Shown here piece after piece: positions 1 to 8,128 of a stretch of DNA of 20,062 nucleotides (position 1 is the stretch's first letter; each line of letters starts with the position of its first letter). The position numbers and the translations under genes are program-made. The notes beneath the pieces are model-generated. The model was not told the DNA's origin. It saw only the letters and a list, made by a program, of their open reading frames with translations, and did not search any database. This DNA comes from Candidatus Hermodarchaeota archaeon. Lineage in GTDB: Archaea > Asgardarchaeota > Lokiarchaeia > Sigyniarchaeales > SOKP01. The stretch spans positions 1-20,062 of the forward strand of contig JBHLLG010000052.1 in assembly GCA_048885925.1 (NCBI GenBank). The letters are read 5' to 3'.

Positions 1-1216
1 GGGACAATTATTTTCCATACTTGGATCGTCAATTACACAGTTTGTAATAGTTTGGTGGTTAACTATCATTACTGGAAGTCCAATAATTCTTTCAATTGCC
101 AGTTTTCTTTACGTTTTGCCTCTAACAATTACATTTCTAATTGGTGGAGTAATATCAGATAAATTCGATAGAAAACGTATAATAATAGTAGTAGATTCTT
201 TACAAGCGTTTGTTACACTTTTGCTAATTATCTTATTTAATTTAGAATTAATAAATCCACTTTTTGTAATAATAATAAATGGTATTTTGGGGACTTTCCA
301 GGGATTTCATATTCCTACTGTAAGTGCTATAGTTCCTACAATGGTTCCAAAAGATAAATTAAGTAGGATGAATGGAATCAACTTTTTATTTACCAGCTTT
401 ATTCAGATGATTGGACCAATAGTAGCTGCTTTACTTTTGTCCTTAATTCCTATAAAGACTATACTTTGGATTGATCCTATTACATTTCTAATTGCCATTA
501 TTCCATTGTTATTGATTAAGATACCTTCAATTAAAACGGAAATTATACAAGAAAAGAAGACTTCATTCATAGAAGATTTAAAAATAGGGTTTCGCACACT
601 AAAATTGATACCAATCATTTTTATGATGCTTTTAGTTGCGATGTTTGTTAATTTCTTATGGAGACCCTTCAGTATTTTACTTTCTTATTTTATTTACTTC
701 GATCACCCTGGTACGATCTCAGATTTAGCATTTATTTTAGCTTTTTTAAATGGGGGAATGTTTTTAGGAGCGATTATCACCTCAGTTAAGAAAAGGTGGA
801 AAAATGGTATTTTCATTTACTTTATTGGAGAGTTGCTTTTAATGGTGTCGTATTTAATTATTGCAATTACACCTCACGGATGGTTTCTATTAATGGGTTT
901 TGCTGCTGGTATGTTTGGTTTAATTGTTCCTATTATTAATACAATCTATTTAACGATCATGCAATTAAGAGTGCCCCTAGATAAAATGGGAAGAATTTCA
1001 TCTATTGATTATGCGATCTCGAGTGCTATAACACCTATTGGAACTATTCTTAGTGGTCCTTTAGCTGAAATATTTGGAGTAGCTAATTTATTTCTTTATT
1101 GTTCAATAATTGGAATAATAATTACTTTAATCCTGTGGGGAATTACTCATTTAGTAGTAAATAACAATAAAGAAAATAAGTCTAAAACGAATATAAATAA
1201 AGATATATTAGAATAA
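1..1216 (+). CDS. MFS transporter, DHA3/MefA-like (5' end truncated by the window)
   Basis: The frame is open from position 2 (GQLFSILGSSITQFVIVWWLT...), so the TTG at 116 is internal. It has MFS motif A (GGVISDKFDRKRII), PTMVPKDKLSRMNG, a C-terminal half repeat VPLDKMGRI and many hydrophobic segments. Confidence 0.9.
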   Translation, partial: GQLFSILGSSITQFVIVWWLTIITGSPIILSIASFLYVLPLTITFLIGGVISDKFDRKRIIIVVDSLQAFVTLLLIILFNLELINPLFVIIINGILGTFQGFHIPTVSAIVPTMVPKDKLSRMNGINFLFTSFIQMIGPIVAALLLSLIPIKTILWIDPITFLIAIIPLLLIKIPSIKTEIIQEKKTSFIEDLKIGFRTLKLIPIIFMMLLVAMFVNFLWRPFSILLSYFIYFDHPGTISDLAFILAFLNGGMFLGAIITSVKKRWKNGIFIYFIGELLLMVSYLIIAITPHGWFLLMGFAAGMFGLIVPIINTIYLTIMQLRVPLDKMGRISSIDYAISSAITPIGTILSGPLAEIFGVANLFLYCSIIGIIITLILWGITHLVVNNNKENKSKTNINKDILE

Positions 1217-1222
1217 CCAGAA

Positions 1223-1756
1223 TCAATGGACTCTTTTACTTTTTTTATGTTTAAAATCTTTATTATGCTCACTTATCCAATTTATTAAATGCTTACTCTT
1301 TTTTGGAAAGTTATCAACAATTATTTGGATTACGGTTTTTCTTACTTCAGGATCTTCATCTGAAAGTAAGCAATTTTCCAAAACGTTAAATGCTCTATTG
1401 CTTTTGAGTTCTAATACTTTAAAAGCCAGAATACTTATCTTTCTCAATTCACTATTATCACTATTTTCTATGAAATAACTCAATAATTCGATTGCTTCTG
1501 ATTTTGTCATTGATTTAGTTGTAACAAAATTATAAATTTTTGCTACTGTAAACTCTTTACTTAAATAGTCAAGAGCATCTTGGTAAAGTAATTTAGTTTG
1601 ATCTAGAGAATTAAAATATTTCCCCTTTTTTCTTAAATCAAAAAGGCAATCATGATTTTCTGGAAGTCTATGTTTATTACAATAGGTCATCCCGCAATAT
1701 TTACATCTATACGGAATATCTGCTATTTTAATATTACAGTAATAACAATCTGTCAT
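1223..1756 (-). CDS. AN1-type zinc finger protein fused to a HEAT-like helical module
   Basis: The N-terminus CYYC-x10-CKYCGMTYCNKHRLPENHDC matches the AN1 zinc finger (HRLPExHxC). The C-terminal ENSDNSELRK...LENCLLSDEDPEVRKTVIQII looks like HEAT repeats. Confidence 0.85.
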   Translation of the reverse strand: MTDCYYCNIKIADIPYRCKYCGMTYCNKHRLPENHDCLFDLRKKGKYFNSLDQTKLLYQDALDYLSKEFTVAKIYNFVTTKSMTKSEAIELLSYFIENSDNSELRKISILAFKVLELKSNRAFNVLENCLLSDEDPEVRKTVIQIIVDNFPKKSKHLINWISEHNKDFKHKKSKRVH

Positions 1757-1790
1757 TTTCTTTGTGTAATAAAAAATGGTCTCTATAACT

Positions 1791-1801
1791 CATATAAATA
1801 T
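1791..1801 (-). promoter_or_regulatory. Putative archaeal TATA box for the AN1-HEAT gene
   Basis: The minus strand reads ATATTTATATG about 35 nt upstream of the ATG at 1756, back-to-back with the promoter of the divergent gene. Confidence 0.4.
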
Positions 1802-1805
1802 TAAA

Positions 1806-1820
1806 GAACCGTATATAAAT
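1806..1820 (+). promoter_or_regulatory. Putative BRE/TATA promoter
   Basis: GAACCG-TATATAAAT lies about 20-30 nt before the ATGs at 1840 and 1849. The spacing suggests a leaderless or short-leader transcript, possibly starting at 1849. Confidence 0.5.
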
Positions 1821-1839
1821 AATCAACAGTAAAATTTTA

Positions 1840-2496
1840 ATGAAGAACATGAATATTAAAAAAGATTTTCTTAAAATTTGGTTAATATATAGTTTTTTAT
1901 TGATGATAATGCTGAATTTCTCAATTTTCTTTTGGGATTTTTTTTCAGGTACGGATACTCAGGGATTTGGTGTTTTGGAACCTTATTATGGTTTGCCAAT
2001 GTTCTATGTCTATACGATTTCTTATTTTAGCAGTCTGATTGTAGTTTATGCAATTTTAAAAAGTAAGAGATTCGGCATGGGATTCTTCTTATGGCTTCCA
2101 TATGCAGTTATTGGGTTTTTTGTTGAAGCTTATTTTGAATTAGATGTTTTAATTAGTATTTGGGGTGTTGTAGGATATTGTGTCTTTGGGCTACTTACTG
2201 GATTTTCAGCCGATATTTCATACAAATTCCTAAAAGAAAAGACCTCAATTAGCGAAAAAGTAATTTCAGGGCTTATAGGAGTTATTATGAGTTTAACTTA
2301 TTTTATAACAATATTAATAGCAATTGGTTTCTTTTATAAAGCAGGATGGGGTGCAGGCTCATTTACCGATCCTGGCTCATTCCTTGGAGTTGCTTATTTT
2401 GGTATTCCTTGGATGATAATTAATGCTTTTTTCGGTGGATTTACTGCTTATTCAATATACTCTTTTTTAAGTCATAAAAATAGTGATTCAGGATAA
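1840..2496 (+). CDS. Integral membrane protein (about 6 TM), possibly ECF S-component-like
   Basis: 218 aa with about 6 Gly/aromatic-rich hydrophobic segments. KRFGMG and GLLTGFSADISY loosely resemble the K..G / G..AD pattern of ECF substrate-binding components. The family call is weak. Confidence 0.6.
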   Translation: MKNMNIKKDFLKIWLIYSFLLMIMLNFSIFFWDFFSGTDTQGFGVLEPYYGLPMFYVYTISYFSSLIVVYAILKSKRFGMGFFLWLPYAVIGFFVEAYFELDVLISIWGVVGYCVFGLLTGFSADISYKFLKEKTSISEKVISGLIGVIMSLTYFITILIAIGFFYKAGWGAGSFTDPGSFLGVAYFGIPWMIINAFFGGFTAYSIYSFLSHKNSDSG

Positions 2497-2518
2497 TTTC
2501 TTGAAAAAATATTAATTT

Positions 2519-3652
2519 TTATAATGAATCATACACTGCTTCAACGAGTCGTTCACTTCGTGGATCCTCCGTAAGACCAGAAGTCATTTTATTCATTACA
2601 TAAGCTATACTTAATTTAGCATCGAGATCTATTATATTAGTTGAGCCGCCCCATCCTCCCCAAAATAAAACACGTTGATTTGGACCTAGAGGGATCTCTT
2701 TATTTTGTAGGCCAAATCCTAAACCAAAACGCATAGGTACTAGTAGGACTAAATCTATTCCATAAGATTGTTCTTCTAAAGCTTTCTCAATTGTTTCTAG
2801 AGAAAGCAAACGTATGTCATCAAGAATGCCTCCACATGCTATTACAGCTGTTATTCTTGCAATGGCCCTCGCACTACCATGACCGTTTGAGGCAGGTATC
2901 TCGGCAGCACGCCAACCTCGAGTTTTGGTATCTTCCACTTCATGACGAATTCTCATAATTGATCTCATGCTAATAGAATTCAGATCAACATCTCCAAATT
3001 GGCTAATATCAATTTTTGGTGGTACTAATTCACCAACTCTCTCATCAAATTCTTCAGGAAGTCCAATATGAAAATCTGCTTTCAATGGATCTGCTATTTC
3101 TTCCTTAAAAAAGCCTCCAAGAGTCTTTCCAGTAACACGACGAACAAGCTCACCTAAAAGGTAACCGAAGGTCCAAGCATGATAACCACTTTTGGTACCA
3201 GGCTCCCACCATGGTTTCTGTGCTGCTAACATGTTTACCATTTTATCCCACCTATAAAGAGATTTAATAGGAAGTGATTTATCAAAACCAGAGAGACCTG
3301 AAGTATGACTAAGAAGGTATCGAACAGGTAATTTCTCTTTACCTTCTTGAGCAAATTCAGGCCAATATTTTGCGACAGGAGCATCGAGATCTAACAAACC
3401 TCGATCTATAAGCATAAGCGTACATAATGATGTCATTACTTTTGTTGTAGAATATACATTAACAATAGTATCTTTTTCCCATGGACGTTTATGGGCAGCA
3501 TCTGCATAACCTGCCCACATATCAATGATGAATTGACCATTTAAAGTGACAGCAAATGAAGCACCAACTTCTAATCCTTCTTCGAAATTTTTTAAGAAAG
3601 CTTCCCTTACAGAAATAAATCGCTCATCGCAAAAACCTTGAATTTCAACCAT
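2519..3652 (-). CDS. Serine hydrolase of the beta-lactamase class C-like family (family VIII esterase, EstA-like)
   Basis: Catalytic SxxK (YSTTK), LLSHTSGL, PWWEPGTKSGYH with the catalytic Tyr, and WGGWGG. The ATG at 3652 is preferred over the GTG at 3661. Confidence 0.9.
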   Translation of the reverse strand: MVEIQGFCDERFISVREAFLKNFEEGLEVGASFAVTLNGQFIIDMWAGYADAAHKRPWEKDTIVNVYSTTKVMTSLCTLMLIDRGLLDLDAPVAKYWPEFAQEGKEKLPVRYLLSHTSGLSGFDKSLPIKSLYRWDKMVNMLAAQKPWWEPGTKSGYHAWTFGYLLGELVRRVTGKTLGGFFKEEIADPLKADFHIGLPEEFDERVGELVPPKIDISQFGDVDLNSISMRSIMRIRHEVEDTKTRGWRAAEIPASNGHGSARAIARITAVIACGGILDDIRLLSLETIEKALEEQSYGIDLVLLVPMRFGLGFGLQNKEIPLGPNQRVLFWGGWGGSTNIIDLDAKLSIAYVMNKMTSGLTEDPRSERLVEAVYDSL

Positions 3653-3710
3653 AGTTTTCACTTTTATTGAAGTTTTGTAAATTTTTTAACTATAATATTG
3701 TACAACTAAA

Positions 3711-3725
3711 TATTTAATAAACCTT
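3711..3725 (-). promoter_or_regulatory. Putative BRE/TATA promoter for the serine hydrolase
   Basis: The minus strand reads AAGGTTTATTAAATA about 60 nt upstream of the start, similar to AAGGTTTTTTAA upstream of the 12879 gene. Confidence 0.4.
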
Positions 3726-3746
3726 AAAATATGATTGTCAAATCAG

Positions 3747-6131
3747 TTATAGATTATACTCTAATCTATCAATGATATCATTTTGAATTGGAGTTCCAAG
3801 ATCGATAAAAGTAGCATTATATCCTCCAACTTTTACTATTAAATCGGGATATTTTTCAGGATGCTGCTGAGCATCTCTCAGTGTCTCTGTTGACACCACA
3901 GTTGGTTGTACTTGCATCCCTCCTGATTCAAAAAATCCTCTTAATAGATGGCTGAATTTTACAAGATTTTCTTCACTTGAAAGACTTTGAGGATGTAATC
4001 TTATATTTACAGCCACTCCATTTATGGCTAAACTATAATCTAATTTAGCAACTGAATTTAATGCTGCGGTAAGACCATTTTTTTCCATATTATTTACGGG
4101 AGAAAGGCTATTTGATAATGCTTGCATTGTTTTTCTTCCATCAGCAGAAGCTTTAGTAAAAAATCCTTCTATAACATGTACACCCATGGAATAAGCACCT
4201 GGATTATAACGACCATTTCTTATACATCTATGTTTGACTACTTCAGAACAGAATAAATCCCATATCTCATTCGCAAGTTGATCAATATCCTCTTTATCAT
4301 TTCCCCATTTATTGTATTTGTTTACTAATTTCTGTCTAAATTCTTCTTGTCCCCTGAAATTAGAATTCAAGATTTGAATTAGTTCAGGCATTGTCATTAA
4401 TTTCTCTTCATAAACTACTTTTTTTATATTATATAATGAATCTACTAAAGTTGCAAAACCATATGCTGTAATAGAAGAGAAGTTATAAGTTGCTCCTCCT
4501 GCTGTATAATCTTTCCCTTTTTCCATACAGCCATCAATAATAGCAGAAACAAATGGTTGCGGAAAAAACTTATATGTCTCATCATCTCCAATTCTAGCTA
4601 TTTTTACAGATTTTTCAATATTATAGTTCAATTGATGAACGAAAGCCTTATACAAATCATTATATGTTAGAAAATTGATAGGATCTCCTGTTTCTAATCC
4701 ACTTATCTGTTTTGTTAAATTGCAATAACCATTATTTAAGGTAAGCTCAAGAGCGCCAGGCAAATTAATAAATATTCGACCTGTTGCTGCAAATGTATTC
4801 CCTTGACTTGTAGGTTCTACACATCCTATTATTGCATAGTTATAAGCATCCTCTTTACTATATCCAGCTTCTTTCATGGCAGGAATAATTATATCATCAT
4901 TATAAAAAGCGATTCCTGAAGTAGATTGAAAGACCTTTATTGCTTTTTTTAGGAATTTATCTGGGGTATTCTTATGAATTCTTATGGAGAGATCAGTAGT
5001 TATTGCTTTAATATTCTTATATGCTTCAAGGAATAAATATGAAATTTCATTTGTGGAATCTTTTCCTTCTTTATCTCTACCTGAAATGGTTATTGTTTGT
5101 GTATTTAGTCCAAGAGCATTTGAGATAGTAGTATAATCTGTCGGTAATAATGTGACATTCCAAGTTAACTTCAAATTTAGTTCTTCAATTAAGCTTAAAG
5201 CAAATTCTTTTGTAATATCATTTTTTTCTATATCTCTTTTATAATATGGCCATAGAATTTGATCTAATCTACCTAAAGCAACGACACTTCTATGGTAAAT
5301 TACATTTATGATATTTTGAGTGAAGTTTATAAGTTGAATTGCCTCATAGAATGAATTTGGAGTTTCCTTAGTAAACTTTTCCATCATTTCTCCAATAATT
5401 TCAAGTTCTTTCATTCTATGCTCACTTTTTTCATTTAAAGCCATTTTAAAAGCAAGATCAGAATATCTCTTTGAAAATTGGATAGCTGCATTATAACAAA
5501 TTTTTACAGCTTCATAGAAATTATACTTATCTCTATATTCAAAATCATTATGTTTTAATCTTGATTGAAGAGATTCCGCTTCTTTAATAATACCTGTATA
5601 CCCTAATTTTAACAGTTTTTCATAACCAGCGCATATATGGCCTTCATTAGTTCCATTTCCTATAGCAATATTAGGTGCTGCTGAACCAATTCTATCCATT
5701 CCTGTAATTAACTTTTCATCATAAATTTTTTGTGAGATAATATCACTATACAAAGCTTTACCTTTCCAAAAAGGAATCATATCTAATAATTCAGTAATTT
5801 CATTTTCTCCCATGAAAAAAGGTTGTAACTTCCTGTTTTCATATTTTTTAATAGCACTACGATTATCTAATGTTCCATCATAAGAATATAGATCAAGATT
5901 AATTTTTTCACCCAAATTTTTACTCGTTTCGTTCCCTACAAGTAGCTCATCGTCTCTGATGAAAATTTTCATGTTTTTAAGAGTATGGGCAATTGCTTTT
6001 GCTCTTTTTATAATTTCAGGATCTTCGGGATACTTTTTATAGATCTCAGTAAAATATCTCATACGTTCAATACAAAGTTCATACTTACATGAAAGTAATG
6101 CATTCTTTAATTTTTCAGTTCTATCGCTCAT
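3747..6131 (-). CDS. Glycyl radical enzyme, PFL2/glycerol dehydratase (eliminase-like) family, substrate unknown
   Basis: About 794 aa. It has IRDDELLVGN, GHICAGYEKLLKLG, LGRLDQILWPYY, a Cys loop IIGCVEP, ASADGR and a C-terminal Gly loop DAQQHPEKYPDLIVKVGGYNATF. There is a single active-site Cys, unlike the CC of PflB. The ATG at 6131 is preferred over the TTG at 6146. Confidence 0.92.
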   Translation of the reverse strand: MSDRTEKLKNALLSCKYELCIERMRYFTEIYKKYPEDPEIIKRAKAIAHTLKNMKIFIRDDELLVGNETSKNLGEKINLDLYSYDGTLDNRSAIKKYENRKLQPFFMGENEITELLDMIPFWKGKALYSDIISQKIYDEKLITGMDRIGSAAPNIAIGNGTNEGHICAGYEKLLKLGYTGIIKEAESLQSRLKHNDFEYRDKYNFYEAVKICYNAAIQFSKRYSDLAFKMALNEKSEHRMKELEIIGEMMEKFTKETPNSFYEAIQLINFTQNIINVIYHRSVVALGRLDQILWPYYKRDIEKNDITKEFALSLIEELNLKLTWNVTLLPTDYTTISNALGLNTQTITISGRDKEGKDSTNEISYLFLEAYKNIKAITTDLSIRIHKNTPDKFLKKAIKVFQSTSGIAFYNDDIIIPAMKEAGYSKEDAYNYAIIGCVEPTSQGNTFAATGRIFINLPGALELTLNNGYCNLTKQISGLETGDPINFLTYNDLYKAFVHQLNYNIEKSVKIARIGDDETYKFFPQPFVSAIIDGCMEKGKDYTAGGATYNFSSITAYGFATLVDSLYNIKKVVYEEKLMTMPELIQILNSNFRGQEEFRQKLVNKYNKWGNDKEDIDQLANEIWDLFCSEVVKHRCIRNGRYNPGAYSMGVHVIEGFFTKASADGRKTMQALSNSLSPVNNMEKNGLTAALNSVAKLDYSLAINGVAVNIRLHPQSLSSEENLVKFSHLLRGFFESGGMQVQPTVVSTETLRDAQQHPEKYPDLIVKVGGYNATFIDLGTPIQNDIIDRLEYNL

Positions 6132-6223
6132 ATTTATAGTATCCAATCGCCAATCAACTAACTTATTATAATATTAACATGTTTAAAATAATTTGAAAGC
6201 TAAATACTATTTATAATTAATGA

Positions 6224-6241
6224 TTCAATTAAATAATTGAA
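6224..6241. promoter_or_regulatory. Perfect 8-2-8 inverted repeat, candidate operator between the divergent GRE and crotonase genes
   Basis: TTCAATTA-AA-TAATTGAA read directly from the sequence. The AT-rich background lowers its significance. Confidence 0.35.
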
Positions 6242-6288
6242 ATTCTAATAATAAAAATTAAAAAATAATGAACAAAGTGTAATTTTAA

Positions 6289-7149
6289 ATGAATTTTGAA
6301 ACTATAAAGTTTGAATTGAGAGAAGATGGTATCGGGATTTTAACACTTAACCGTCCCGATAGATTAAACGCTATGAATTTTCAAATGATTGAAGATTTAC
6401 ATGCAATTTTGGATCATCTTATGACAAATTTGGATTGTCGAGTTTTAATTTTGAAAGCTGAGGGAAGAGCTTTTTGTGCTGGATTAGATCTAAGAGAATC
6501 TGTGGTTTTACAATCCAAAAAAAAGCCGGAGGAGTTAAAAGAGAAATTTTACTTTATAAGAGCTCCAGATAAAGATTTAATCAAAGCTAAGATGTATGGT
6601 CAATGGAGAACGAGTCATTTAATTGTTAAGATGAGGAAAATCAGTCAGCCAATAATTGCTATTGTTCAAGGCCCTGCAACTGGGGGTGGATTTACCTTTG
6701 TTTTGGCCGCGGATATAAGAATTGCAGGGGAAAATGCAAAACTAGCAAACTCATTTATTAATATTGGATTCTCTGGTGCTGATTTAGCAAGTACTTATCA
6801 TTTACCACGGCTGATCGGTATGTCAAGAGCCGCAGAAATATTATATACAGGTCGATTTGTTGATGCTGAAGAAGCTGAACGAATTGGCCTTGTTCTAAAA
6901 GTAATAAAAGGAGATGAAACTAAGTTATTGGAAGCAGCAATAGAAGTTGCAAAAGATCTTCTTACAAAAAGTCCCCTTGGACTCCGAATGACAAAAGAAG
7001 CAATTAATTTATCACTTGATTCTCCAAGCTTAGAAACAATCATGCAATTGGAAAATCGTTCACAAATGATATGTTCTACTTCTGACGATCTTTTAGAAGG
7101 AGTAAATGCATTTTTCGAAAAACGAAAACCAAGTTATCCCAAATTATAA
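6289..7149 (+). CDS. Enoyl-CoA hydratase/isomerase (crotonase) family protein, paralog 1
   Basis: LTLNRPDRLNAMN, GRAFCAGLDL (oxyanion hole), GPATGGG, ADIRIA, LPRLIG, EAERIGLV and EGVNAFFEKRKP. Confidence 0.93.
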   Translation: MNFETIKFELREDGIGILTLNRPDRLNAMNFQMIEDLHAILDHLMTNLDCRVLILKAEGRAFCAGLDLRESVVLQSKKKPEELKEKFYFIRAPDKDLIKAKMYGQWRTSHLIVKMRKISQPIIAIVQGPATGGGFTFVLAADIRIAGENAKLANSFINIGFSGADLASTYHLPRLIGMSRAAEILYTGRFVDAEEAERIGLVLKVIKGDETKLLEAAIEVAKDLLTKSPLGLRMTKEAINLSLDSPSLETIMQLENRSQMICSTSDDLLEGVNAFFEKRKPSYPKL

Positions 7150-7173
7150 AAAATTAAAAAGCTGTGAATTACG

Positions 7174-8019
7174 ATGGAATATAAAACCATTAAATTTGAA
7201 GTAAAAGAAAACGGCATAGGAATCCTAACTTTAAACAGACCAGAAAAGCTAAATGCGATTTCGTTTCAAATGGAAGAAGAACTTCATCAAATACTAGATC
7301 ATCTAATGATGAATTTATCATGCCGAGTGTTAATTTTGAGAGGAGAAGGTCGTGCATTTTCAGCAGGAACAGATTTACAAGAGGGATTAATTCTGAATTC
7401 AAGAAAAACTCCCGAAGGATATGAGAAATTTTATTACTTAAACATATCAGAACCTCTAAAAAGAAAGATGTATCATCAATGGCGAATAACTCAAATTATT
7501 ATGAAGATGAGAAAAATCTCACAACCCATTATAGCTGCGCTTCATGGGTCATTAGTAGGAGGCGGTTTTGCCTTCGCAATGGCAGCAGATATTAGAATTG
7601 CTAGCAAAGATCTTAAAATTATAAATGCTTCCATTAATATTGGATTAACGGGTGCTGATATGGGCGGTAGTTATTTTTTTCCACGACTTATAGGTCTTTC
7701 AAGAGCTACAGAAATATTATACAGTGGAAGAGAAGTAAGCGGAGAAGAGGCGGAGAAGATTGGATTTATCCTAAAAGTTGTAGATAAAGAACAATTATTG
7801 GATCAAGCATTTATATTAGCAGAAGAGCTGTTAACTAAAAGTCCATTAGGTTTACGTATGACTAAAGAAGCACTTAATTTATCCTTAGATTCACCAAGTT
7901 TGGATAATATATTACAATTTGAAAATAGTTGTATTGTTTTATGTTTCTCCTCACAAGACGTGAATGAGGCTTCTAGTGCATTCTTTGGAAAAAGAAAGCC
8001 AAAATATCCATTACAATAG
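7174..8019 (+). CDS. Enoyl-CoA hydratase/isomerase (crotonase) family protein, paralog 2
   Basis: LTLNRPEKLNAIS, GRAFSAGTDL, VGGGFAFAMAADIRIA, FPRLIG and KSPLGLRMTKEALNLSLDSPSL, which is nearly identical to paralog 1. It starts 24 nt after the paralog 1 stop. Confidence 0.93.
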   Translation: MEYKTIKFEVKENGIGILTLNRPEKLNAISFQMEEELHQILDHLMMNLSCRVLILRGEGRAFSAGTDLQEGLILNSRKTPEGYEKFYYLNISEPLKRKMYHQWRITQIIMKMRKISQPIIAALHGSLVGGGFAFAMAADIRIASKDLKIINASINIGLTGADMGGSYFFPRLIGLSRATEILYSGREVSGEEAEKIGFILKVVDKEQLLDQAFILAEELLTKSPLGLRMTKEALNLSLDSPSLDNILQFENSCIVLCFSSQDVNEASSAFFGKRKPKYPLQ

Positions 8020-8128
8020 GAATTTGGAGATATAAAATATTAAGCTTCATCACTAAAAAACTAGATTTTTTATAAAATTGAAATGATAATTATTGTATAT
8101 AAAAAATTGATTAAAAAAGAGAATAACA

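Noticed and set aside
403-618. 71-aa minus-strand ORF
   Set aside because: Antisense shadow inside the MFS gene with no recognisable motif.
2519-3652. Antibiotic-resistance reading (beta-lactamase plus macrolide efflux MFS and MBL)
   Set aside because: The motifs fit a family VIII esterase (WGG box) and a glyoxalase II-like MBL. These are common metabolic folds and there is no mobile context.
3747-6131. Calling the GRE pyruvate formate-lyase (pflB), CutC, or an alkyl/benzylsuccinate synthase
   Set aside because: It has a single Cys in GCVEP rather than the PflB CC, has His where CutC has Asp, and has the Cys-x-Glu pattern of eliminases with no small subunit genes, which argues against fumarate addition.
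6798-7043. 81-aa minus-strand ORF
   Set aside because: Antisense shadow of crotonase paralog 1.
7190-7402. 70-aa minus-strand ORF
   Set aside because: Antisense shadow of crotonase paralog 2.
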